Of a stretch of DNA of 64,000 nucleotides, positions 19,677 through 26,757 are shown one piece after another. Position 1 is the first letter of the stretch, and every line of letters starts with the position of its first letter. The notes beneath the pieces were generated by a model, which worked only from the letters and a program-made list of their open reading frames with translations, was not told the origin of the DNA and did not search any database. Location: positions 1,397-65,396 of the forward strand of contig JAAWTG010000012.1 of the NCBI GenBank assembly GCA_022801925.1. Direction: 5' to 3'. The position numbers and the translations under genes were made by a program. The stretch is from Clostridia bacterium. GTDB lineage: Bacteria > Bacillota > Clostridia > RUG12999.

Positions 19677-20944
19677 TGCAGAAAAAAGACTATTCAGATT
19701 TAAAAGAAACCGTTTATTCTTACCGGCATTCCAGCGGACTGCATATTTATATTGCCCCAAAACCGGAATTCCAGAAAAGCTGCGCCTATTTTGCAACGCA
19801 TTTTGGTTCCATCGACAACCATTTTGTTCCGCTGCAGTCGGAGCAATATATAAGGGTACCAGATGGTGTTGCACATTTTTTGGAACATAAAATGTTTGAG
19901 CAGCCGGACGGTGAAAATGTGTTCGATACATTTAGCAAATATGGCGCTTCCGCCAATGCATTTACTTCTTCGGATATTACGGCGTATTATTTTTGGTGTA
20001 CCAATGCATTTGAAGAAAACTTAAAAACATTGCTGCATTATGTACAAACGCCATATTTCACAGCGGAAAACGTGGCGAAAGAACAAGGTATTATCGGGCA
20101 AGAAATTCGTATGTATGATGATGACCCTAATTGGCGCGCCTTTTTTAACATGTTGGGCTGTTTGTATCACAATCATCCTGTAAAAGTGGATATTGCAGGA
20201 ACCGTGGAAAGTATTGCAAAAATCACAGAAGATACCTTATATACCTGCTATCATACATTTTACCATCCGTCTAACATGGCGCTTTGCATTGTAGCAAATG
20301 TCAGTGCAGAAAAAGTGAGAGAAACAATTGATAACACGCTGAAAGAAATGGAACCGGCGAAACCGGTTGCCCGAAAATATCCGGAGGAGCCGAAAACAAT
20401 TCATAAACCATATCAGGAAGCGGCGCTCAGCGTTTCTAAACCGTTATTTTATATTGGCTTTAAGGATTCGCAATTATATGAAGGAAAAGCATTGTTAAAA
20501 CATAAATTATGCTGCAAAATTGCACTGGATTTATTGCTTGGCAAGAGTTCGGAATTGTATAACGCGTTATATGAACAAGGATTGATTTCCAGCAGCTTTT
20601 CTTATGCATATACCGGCGGATTGGAATTTGCCTATACGGAAATTGCCGGAGAAAGCGATGACCCAAAACAAGTTGCCAAGCGGATACAGGAAGCGATTCA
20701 GGGATTTTCATTTTCTGATGAAGCGCTGGAACGAATGAAACGGATGCGCATGGGACGCTTTTTACGCGTGCTGGACGACGCAGAAGAATATACCAATATG
20801 TTTGCGCGTAATATTTTGCAAAATATTGATATGCTGGATAGCATACAGGTCTATCAGGAAATTACCAGAGCGGATATTGAAGCGATTTTTCAGTCACATT
20901 TAACGGCTGATAACATGGTTTTATCTGTTGTGAATCCGTTATAG
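19673..20944 (+). CDS. M16-family zinc metallopeptidase (insulinase/pitrilysin-like), the active subunit.
   Basis: HFLEHKMFE is the inverted zinc-binding HxxEH motif. It is 423 aa and paired with the upstream inactive homologue, as in YmfF/YmfH or AlbE/AlbF-type pairs. Confidence 0.8.
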   Translation: MMQKKDYSDLKETVYSYRHSSGLHIYIAPKPEFQKSCAYFATHFGSIDNHFVPLQSEQYIRVPDGVAHFLEHKMFEQPDGENVFDTFSKYGASANAFTSSDITAYYFWCTNAFEENLKTLLHYVQTPYFTAENVAKEQGIIGQEIRMYDDDPNWRAFFNMLGCLYHNHPVKVDIAGTVESIAKITEDTLYTCYHTFYHPSNMALCIVANVSAEKVRETIDNTLKEMEPAKPVARKYPEEPKTIHKPYQEAALSVSKPLFYIGFKDSQLYEGKALLKHKLCCKIALDLLLGKSSELYNALYEQGLISSSFSYAYTGGLEFAYTEIAGESDDPKQVAKRIQEAIQGFSFSDEALERMKRMRMGRFLRVLDDAEEYTNMFARNILQNIDMLDSIQVYQEITRADIEAIFQSHLTADNMVLSVVNPL

Positions 20945-20970
20945 AAATTGCATAATAGGTACAAAAGTGG

Positions 20971-21018
20971 CGTAATACGACAATTGTGATGGTTTGTGCT
21001 TACAATTGTCGTATTACG
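20971..21018. repeat. Perfect 17-bp inverted repeat (cgtaatacgacaattgt / acaattgtcgtattacg) around a 14-nt loop.
   Basis: Read directly: arm 1 is 20971-20987, the loop is gatggtttgtgctt, and arm 2 is 21002-21018. It starts 25 nt after the stop of the M16 operon. No U-tract follows on either strand. Confidence 0.5.
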
Positions 21019-21064
21019 ATAATTCCGGGGCAATTATTACATAGGAAAGGAATGTGGTATACAC

Positions 21065-21526
21065 ATGAAAAAATATATTTTGATTGCTGTCTGTTTGCTG
21101 TTATTGGGCTGTTTTACCAGCTGTGGGACACAAACACAGGAACAGCCTTCTCAAAACTATGAAAACGAGACATTAGGCTTCAGTTTTGAAGTGCCTAGTT
21201 CTTGGGCAGATGATTATGAAGTGAAAGAACATACTGAGAATGGAATCACATACACAGATTTTTATTATGTCTATGGTTGGCCGCAGCAAAAAACAACGTT
21301 GTTGGTTTCTATCATTGCAACAGATGAAAACACTTGGACAAACGGGCAGTTGGAAAATGAATATTATTTAATGGCAATCAATAAAGAAGGCGTTTATTTT
21401 GCAAACAAAGTGCCGAAGGTTCCTGAAGAAGTTCCATTTAAAGAAGGTTCTAAAAAGGCAAAAGAATTTCAAAAATTATTATTATCTGTTCAGGAAGCCG
21501 GAAAAATGTTTTCCTTAATAAAATAA
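21065..21526 (+). CDS. Small lipoprotein of unknown function.
   Basis: MKKYILIAVCLLLLGCFTSCG is a signal peptide plus lipobox (LLGC). It is 153 aa with an AGGAAAGGA RBS. Confidence 0.7.
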   Translation: MKKYILIAVCLLLLGCFTSCGTQTQEQPSQNYENETLGFSFEVPSSWADDYEVKEHTENGITYTDFYYVYGWPQQKTTLLVSIIATDENTWTNGQLENEYYLMAINKEGVYFANKVPKVPEEVPFKEGSKKAKEFQKLLLSVQEAGKMFSLIK

Positions 21527-21588
21527 AGCAACCACTATCCATTATACATTGCAGAAATATTACAATTTCATGAAATAGCTTCATTTTG

Positions 21589-21621
21589 GAGCCTGTTTGC
21601 TTGACAAACGGCTCCATTTTT
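21589..21621 (+). terminator. Rho-independent terminator for the lipoprotein gene.
   Basis: ggagcctgtttg-cttga-caaacggctcc has a one-base bulge and is followed by attttt. Its descending arm contains the -35 box of the next promoter. Confidence 0.5.
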
Positions 21622-21629
21622 GTTAAAAT
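21601..21629 (+). promoter_or_regulatory. Sigma-A type promoter of the recombinase gene (TTGACA-17-TAAAAT).
   Basis: ttgaca at 21601-21606, a 17-nt spacer (aacggctccatttttgt), and taaaat at 21624-21629. The ATG at 21689 is about 52 nt after the predicted start site. Confidence 0.6.
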
Positions 21630-21663
21630 CTAATTAGACAAAATATTAATTTTGTCTAATTAG
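21630..21663. promoter_or_regulatory. Perfect 34-bp palindrome with 11-6-11 architecture (attagacaaaa-tattaa-ttttgtctaat), abutting the -10 box and covering the predicted +1. It is an operator and/or a dif-like core recombination site.
   Basis: ctaattagacaaaat-atta-attttgtctaattag read directly. The two 15-bp arms are exact reverse complements. It lies immediately upstream of the tyrosine recombinase gene at the strand-switch region. Confidence 0.6.
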
Positions 21664-21688
21664 AAGAAAAAAGAATGAGGTGAACGAA

Positions 21689-22648
21689 ATGTCTACATAT
21701 GTGGATAGCCCTCCTATCTTACGCGACTTTTTAAATTATCTTTCTGTTATTAAAGGAAAATCAGATGGCACTGTAAAAGAATATTATTATGACCTTCGTA
21801 CATTTTTTCGCTTTATGAAGATATACCGGAATTTAGCAACGCAAAATTATGATGAATTAGACCGAGTGATAATTGCAGATATTGACACAGCGTTTCTGCA
21901 AACAATTACGCTGAGTGATTTATATGAATTTTTATCTTTTGTAAACCGCTATAAAAAAAATGCAGCGCCGGCGCGCGCACGTAAGGTTGCAAGCTTGCGT
22001 TCCTTTTTTCACTACGTTACCAGCAAAGCAGGTATTTTAAAAGAAAATCCGGCAGCAGACCTAGAAACGCCTAAACTCAAAAAAACACAGCCCAGATACC
22101 TCACCTTGGAAGAATCCAGAAAACTCGTTGGTGTTGTGAGCCAAACCATGAATGAGCGTGATATTTGTATCATTACGTTGTTTCTAAACTGCGGCGTTCG
22201 TTTATCAGAATTATTGAATATCAATATCAGCGATATCCACGGCGACAGTATACGGATTTTGGGAAAAGGAAACAAAGAACGGTTTATTTATCTGAATGCA
22301 CCTTGTACAACTGCGCTGCAAAACTATCTGCGCGTCCGTCCTGTGGAGGGCGTGATAGACCGCGATGCATTGTTTATTTCCAAACAAAAACGGCGTATCA
22401 GTACAAAAATGGTGGGTGTGATTGTGAAAAAATATATTGAGCAGTCCGGTCTTGACCCTACAAAATATTCTCCGCACAAACTACGGCATACGGCTGCCAC
22501 GCTGATGCACCGCTACGGTCATGTAGACGTCCGTATTCTCCAAGAAATTTTAGGTCACCAAAATCTTTCCACAACGCAAATATATACGCATTTGGAAAAT
22601 GAACAGATTCGCGATGCTATGAAGCACAATCCGCTGAACGAAGGATAG
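21689..22648 (+). CDS. Tyrosine-type site-specific recombinase (XerC/XerD-like).
   Basis: It has a SAM-like N-domain and a catalytic domain with the residues R (GVRLSEL), HxxR (KLRHTAAT), H (LGHQNLSTT) and the Y nucleophile (IYTHL). A GAGGTG RBS lies 6 nt before the ATG at 21689. The ORF-track GTG start at 21680 is inside the RBS. Confidence 0.85.
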   Translation: MSTYVDSPPILRDFLNYLSVIKGKSDGTVKEYYYDLRTFFRFMKIYRNLATQNYDELDRVIIADIDTAFLQTITLSDLYEFLSFVNRYKKNAAPARARKVASLRSFFHYVTSKAGILKENPAADLETPKLKKTQPRYLTLEESRKLVGVVSQTMNERDICIITLFLNCGVRLSELLNINISDIHGDSIRILGKGNKERFIYLNAPCTTALQNYLRVRPVEGVIDRDALFISKQKRRISTKMVGVIVKKYIEQSGLDPTKYSPHKLRHTAATLMHRYGHVDVRILQEILGHQNLSTTQIYTHLENEQIRDAMKHNPLNEG

Positions 22649-22656
22649 AAACAACC

Positions 22657-22869
22657 CTATTCCCTATATTTTATCTGAATAAATTGAACCAATGCGTTAA
22701 AACCATATTCCAATGTAACAAAAAATGTTGTACGATTGCTATTGCCACTAAAATAATAACCGGCGTTCGTTTTCGCAATATTACTAAAATCAATATGGCG
22801 ATTAAACATAAAAACAAAAGATACCATTCCAATAGAATAATATTCATAACCAAAGACCCCCTTTTTCAT
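22657..22869 (-). CDS. Possible small protein of 70 aa with unknown function. Doubtful.
   Basis: MKKGVFGYEYYSIGMVSFVFMFNRHIDFSNIAKTNAGYYFSGNSNRTTFFVTLEYGFNALVQ... has non-biased composition, but the RBS is weak. It lies in the AT-rich islet, convergent on the recombinase with a 9-bp gap. It conflicts with an overlapping hydrophobic 60-aa frame. Confidence 0.25.
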   Translation of the reverse strand: MKKGVFGYEYYSIGMVSFVFMFNRHIDFSNIAKTNAGYYFSGNSNRTTFFVTLEYGFNALVQFIQIKYRE

Positions 22870-22874
22870 TTGTC

Positions 22875-22904
22875 AGACACATTCCAGCCAGATGGAATGT
22901 GTCT
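22875..22904. terminator. Hairpin (12-bp perfect arms, 6-nt loop) at the point where + and - transcription units converge. A likely bidirectional terminator.
   Basis: agacacattcca-gccaga-tggaatgtgtct. On the + strand it is followed by ctatgttcttttttt. It abuts the stop codon (22905-22907) of the minus-strand 97-aa ORF. Confidence 0.45.
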
Positions 22905-23198
22905 CTATGTTCTTTTTTTACTCCGGATAAGTAAAATGAAATCAATCAGATATCCTACCATAGCCCCGAGTGTCAATGTGCTAATGAACAGCAGCATAAA
23001 TTCCAACATATAATTCGTGCGCAGATTGGACAGCAATTCACAAATGATATAGACACACAAAGAAATACCAATATGAATGGCAATTTTCTTTGTGTGTTTT
23101 ATTCGTAGTCCAATCACAATAAAAACAATCAGTCCGATTGCAAAAAAGATAAAGGTGTCTGATTCAAACAATTCCTGTAAAATTGGTAAATACCGCAT
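22905..23198 (-). CDS. Small hydrophobic membrane protein of 97 aa with about 3 TM segments and unknown function.
   Basis: An AGAGAGGGA RBS lies about 7 nt before the ATG. It sits 44 nt after the scrK stop, so it is probably the last gene of the sucrose operon transcript. The Ile/Leu-rich composition could partly reflect the AT-rich DNA. Confidence 0.45.
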   Translation of the reverse strand: MRYLPILQELFESDTFIFFAIGLIVFIVIGLRIKHTKKIAIHIGISLCVYIICELLSNLRTNYMLEFMLLFISTLTLGAMVGYLIDFILLIRSKKRT

Positions 23199-23242
23199 TG
23201 TGATTCCCTCTCTATTGCGGTTTCGTATTCTTTCCTAAAATT

Positions 23243-24208
23243 CTATTGTTCACTACGCATCAATGCTTCAATTTCAGCGCGTTCCGGCATGACTTTCAGC
23301 GCGCCTTTTTTGGTAGTAATCAAGGCAGCGCCGGCGTTTGCAAAAAGAAGTGTTTTTCGCAAATTTTCTGCTGTTATATGTTCTATCCCATAAGTCAGAA
23401 CAGAGTGCAGTGCACAGCCTGTAAAGGTATCTCCTGCCCCCGTTTTTTCGATTGTATGCACATTCATAAACGGTTTTGCTTCAACTATAATATCACGATA
23501 ATATGCTCTGCTTCCATCTTTGCCAAGTGTCACAAATACCAATGGCAGGCCATAATTCTCACGGAGCATACGCACCCCTTCTGTATAATCTGTGGTTCCG
23601 GTCATGAATTCCAGTTCATTATCAGAAATTTTTAGGATATCGCACTTTGACAATCCATATGCAATTGCCTTTTTTGCGTCCTCCAGCGAATCCCAAAGCG
23701 GTTCGCGCAGATTGGGATCAAAGGAAACAAGCAATCCATTTTCTTTGGCAATGTCAACTGCATGGTGTGTAGCTTCACGCACACACTCGTGTGTCATAGA
23801 AAGCGTACCAAAGTGAAATATTTTTGCGGCTTTTATGACGTCCTTCTGCACTTCATCCTGGCGGAGCATCATATCAGCACCCGGATTGCGGTAGAAACTA
23901 AACGCACGTTCACCCTCCAGAAACGTATGTACAAATGCCAGTGTCGTATGAACTTCGCCGTCCATTAAAAGATTGGTTACATCAATTCCACTTTCAGCCG
24001 CAGCTGTTTTTAGCATAGCACCAAAGTGGTCGTCCCCTACCTTGCCCATAAACGCTGTTTTTCTGCCGAGCTTACTTAACATAGCAAGTACATTGCAGGG
24101 CGCACCGCCCGGATTCGCTTCCAAAATCGGATTTCCCTGCGTGCTGATACCATTTTCTGTAAAATCCACCAACAATTCGCCAAGCGCAACAACATCGAAT
24201 TTTTTCAA
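23243..24208 (-). CDS. scrK: PfkB-family carbohydrate kinase, probably a fructokinase.
   Basis: MKKFDVVALGELLVDFT...GGAPCNV... carries the PfkB signature. It also has the C-terminal motif TGAGDTF. It lies downstream of a GH32 gene. Confidence 0.8.
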   Translation of the reverse strand: MKKFDVVALGELLVDFTENGISTQGNPILEANPGGAPCNVLAMLSKLGRKTAFMGKVGDDHFGAMLKTAAAESGIDVTNLLMDGEVHTTLAFVHTFLEGERAFSFYRNPGADMMLRQDEVQKDVIKAAKIFHFGTLSMTHECVREATHHAVDIAKENGLLVSFDPNLREPLWDSLEDAKKAIAYGLSKCDILKISDNELEFMTGTTDYTEGVRMLRENYGLPLVFVTLGKDGSRAYYRDIIVEAKPFMNVHTIEKTGAGDTFTGCALHSVLTYGIEHITAENLRKTLLFANAGAALITTKKGALKVMPERAEIEALMRSEQ

Positions 24209-24222
24209 TGGTTTCTCCCCCT

Positions 24223-25533
24223 CTATTCAATTGCATATAGTACCGGTGCATTTTCAGTATTTGTAGTCATATATTCGCCAAGCTGATATACAACATTGGT
24301 AATCACATATTCCCCGTTGTTGATATAAGTTTCTATTAAATTTTGGTCTACATAAATATCCAAATGAATTTTACCGCGTATTTCCGGTGAAGAAAACTTC
24401 GTTTTGATGTCCGTATGTCCGTGAAATACCGCTGTACGGTCAGTATAAATTTTGTTGCCGGCCCTAGAAATCATATATCCGCCAATGTTTATCTGTTCGC
24501 CATCATTGATATCAAGACATACACGGTATCCGGCAGCATTCGCTTCCTGCACTGCATTGATTTTTTTCGTATATTGTTTTTGAATATTGGGGTGAACCGC
24601 AAAGCAAATATGTCCGTTTCGTACACTCACTACGCGTGGAATGCAAAACATGCCACTCCACTCATGATTAACCGGCTGTGGCATTCTTGCCCACGCGACG
24701 ACAACGCGGCGACCTTCAGCATCTGTGGTACTTTGTGGCGCATATAAATCTAGTCCGTAATCCAACATCTGGTATTCATTTGGTATGTCCATGGTGCAGT
24801 CTGTTTCATCAAACGTAACTTTTGTACATATTGACACATGCTGATATTTTTGTTTGTCTGCCCGCAACCCCATAGGAGAAAAAATAAGTATCTTTTCGCC
24901 GTCCAGCTCAAAATAGTCAGGGCATTCCCACATATAACCCAATCCTTTTTTGGATACGCTGTTGACATAGTCCCAATTCATTAAATCATCACTGCGATAG
25001 AACAGCAGTTTTCCGGCATTTTCCGGTGTCTTGCTCCCCAACACCATATACCATGCATCTTTGCCGCGCCAAACCTTGGGGTCCCGCGTATCCGTCATAC
25101 AGCCGATTTCCGGATTCGTCAGCGTTTCTATAACAGTCGTTTTATTTTTGCTATTGTCAAAATGTATACCATCTTCGGAAATCAGCATCATCTGTGCGGA
25201 AACAAGTTGTTCATTCAAAAAAACATGAATATCCTCCGGATTTTCTTCCAGATAACGGACACCGGTATAATACAAGTACATTTTCCCATCATGTTCAATA
25301 GCGCTGCCGGAATAGCAACCGTTTCTGTCATTCCATTTGGAAGGAAATAAAGCGATTGGCAGGTGTTCCCAATGCACTAAATCTTTGCTTACAGCATGTC
25401 CCCAGTGCATCGTCCCCCAGCGCGGTTCATAAGGGAAATGCTGATAAAACAAATGATATTGACCTTTATAATAAATAAATCCATTGGGATCGTTTATCCA
25501 ATTTGCCGGCGATTTTAAGTGTATTTTTTGCAT
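24223..25533 (-). CDS. Glycoside hydrolase family 32: sucrose-6-phosphate hydrolase or beta-fructofuranosidase. It is intracellular, with no signal peptide.
   Basis: WINDPNG (the catalytic Asp motif), RDP and EC motif regions are present (MWECPD), at 436 aa. Confidence 0.85.
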   Translation of the reverse strand: MQKIHLKSPANWINDPNGFIYYKGQYHLFYQHFPYEPRWGTMHWGHAVSKDLVHWEHLPIALFPSKWNDRNGCYSGSAIEHDGKMYLYYTGVRYLEENPEDIHVFLNEQLVSAQMMLISEDGIHFDNSKNKTTVIETLTNPEIGCMTDTRDPKVWRGKDAWYMVLGSKTPENAGKLLFYRSDDLMNWDYVNSVSKKGLGYMWECPDYFELDGEKILIFSPMGLRADKQKYQHVSICTKVTFDETDCTMDIPNEYQMLDYGLDLYAPQSTTDAEGRRVVVAWARMPQPVNHEWSGMFCIPRVVSVRNGHICFAVHPNIQKQYTKKINAVQEANAAGYRVCLDINDGEQINIGGYMISRAGNKIYTDRTAVFHGHTDIKTKFSSPEIRGKIHLDIYVDQNLIETYINNGEYVITNVVYQLGEYMTTNTENAPVLYAIE

Positions 25534-25578
25534 GACAGCGTCTCCTAGCGTTTGTTCATGAAAAGAAATTTAATTTTA

Positions 25579-25617
25579 AAATGGCGGAAATCTTTTCCTA
25601 TGAGAGATTCCCGCCAT
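25579..25617 (-). terminator. Hairpin downstream of the PrsA-like gene, a putative terminator.
   Basis: aatggcggaaatc / gattcccgccatt form a 13-bp stem with one mismatch and an 13-nt loop. On the - strand it is followed by uuuaaaauuaaauuucuuuuc. Confidence 0.4.
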
Positions 25618-25630
25618 TAGTCGTTGTTTA

Positions 25631-26680
25631 TTATTTTGAAGAAGATGTTTTAAATTCCAGTTTTGATAGTTCTTTTTCGTTGCGTTCAACCGTCATTGCC
25701 GCTGCTGCATCTTTTAATACTTTATCAAATTTTTCGGACAACAATGCATTTTCCACATGCATAGCACCTGTCACATTTTGCTGAATCTGTTCTGCTTTAA
25801 ATGTTTCATAATCTGCATCCGTCAGTTCGACTCGTTTCAAAATATGATAACCATAGGCGCCTTTCACAATGTCGCTGACAGCACCAGGTTCCAGCGCATA
25901 TGCGGCAGCTTCAAACGGCGGGTCCATCATATTTTTACCAAAGACATATCCGTTCGGATTGCTCGCCAAGCCCGGGTCTTCACAGCGTTCATTCATCAGC
26001 GTATCGAAATCAGCACCGCCCTGTAACTCTGCCAATGTATCTTTGGCGCTCTGCTCCTTCTGTGCCGCGGTCGCTTCGTCCAAAGGCTGACGATTATCAT
26101 CTACAGTGGAGAACAATATATGTTTTGCTTTGACATAATGCTCAAAGAAATAGGTTTTCAGCGTTTCATCGTCTGGCTGGTATTCCGGATTTTCCTGCGT
26201 ATATTTATTAAAAAGCATATTCATTAGATAGCTTTTCTCATAAACACTTTTTACAGCCTCATCTGTTGTACCGATTTCCTTTAAATAGGCTTTATATTTA
26301 TCTTCACCGCCTGCACTTTGCACCAATTGATTGCGGACATTGTTGACATATTGATTGCTTTGATTATCTGGTTTGATACCGGCTTCTTCCGCTTTTTGTG
26401 CTCCGACATACAACTGCACCAATTGTTCCATTGCTTCATCATGGACAGCTTCTTTTGCATTTTTACCTTCATATGTCGCTGTTTCCCAGTCCACGTTCCC
26501 ATCGGTACTGATTTTCTGTGAAACCATACTCTTGCTGCTTTCAAAAATATACTTATACTCCGCAAGCGGTACTTGTTGCCCATTAATTGTTGCTGCATAA
26601 GCAATATTTTCGATAGTACAGCCCGAAAGCAGTAACATTGCTGCCAGCAGCACCCCTGTCATTTTCGCAATATGTTTCAT
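25631..26680 (-). CDS. prsA: PrsA-like foldase lipoprotein (parvulin-type peptidyl-prolyl isomerase).
   Basis: MKHIAKMTGVLLAAMLLLSGC is a lipoprotein signal. The parvulin domain is ...KAKHILF...GAVSDIVKGAYGYHILK. Confidence 0.8.
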   Translation of the reverse strand: MKHIAKMTGVLLAAMLLLSGCTIENIAYAATINGQQVPLAEYKYIFESSKSMVSQKISTDGNVDWETATYEGKNAKEAVHDEAMEQLVQLYVGAQKAEEAGIKPDNQSNQYVNNVRNQLVQSAGGEDKYKAYLKEIGTTDEAVKSVYEKSYLMNMLFNKYTQENPEYQPDDETLKTYFFEHYVKAKHILFSTVDDNRQPLDEATAAQKEQSAKDTLAELQGGADFDTLMNERCEDPGLASNPNGYVFGKNMMDPPFEAAAYALEPGAVSDIVKGAYGYHILKRVELTDADYETFKAEQIQQNVTGAMHVENALLSEKFDKVLKDAAAAMTVERNEKELSKLEFKTSSSK

Positions 26681-26757
26681 TTGTTTATCCTCTCTTTCGT
26701 GTCTGATAAATATTTTTTAATATACCTTATTATACACTATTTTAAGTCTCAATGCAA

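Noticed and set aside
21630-21663. Interpretation of the palindrome as an ordinary hairpin terminator.
   Set aside because: A 4-nt loop with 15-bp AT-rich arms and no downstream T-run, located after the -10 box of a promoter and not after a gene, does not fit a terminator. A protein-binding site fits better.
22684-23013. A 109-aa + strand ORF crossing the convergence hairpin.
   Set aside because: It runs straight through a 12-bp-arm hairpin followed by a T-run that looks like a terminator. It has no RBS and AT-driven composition.
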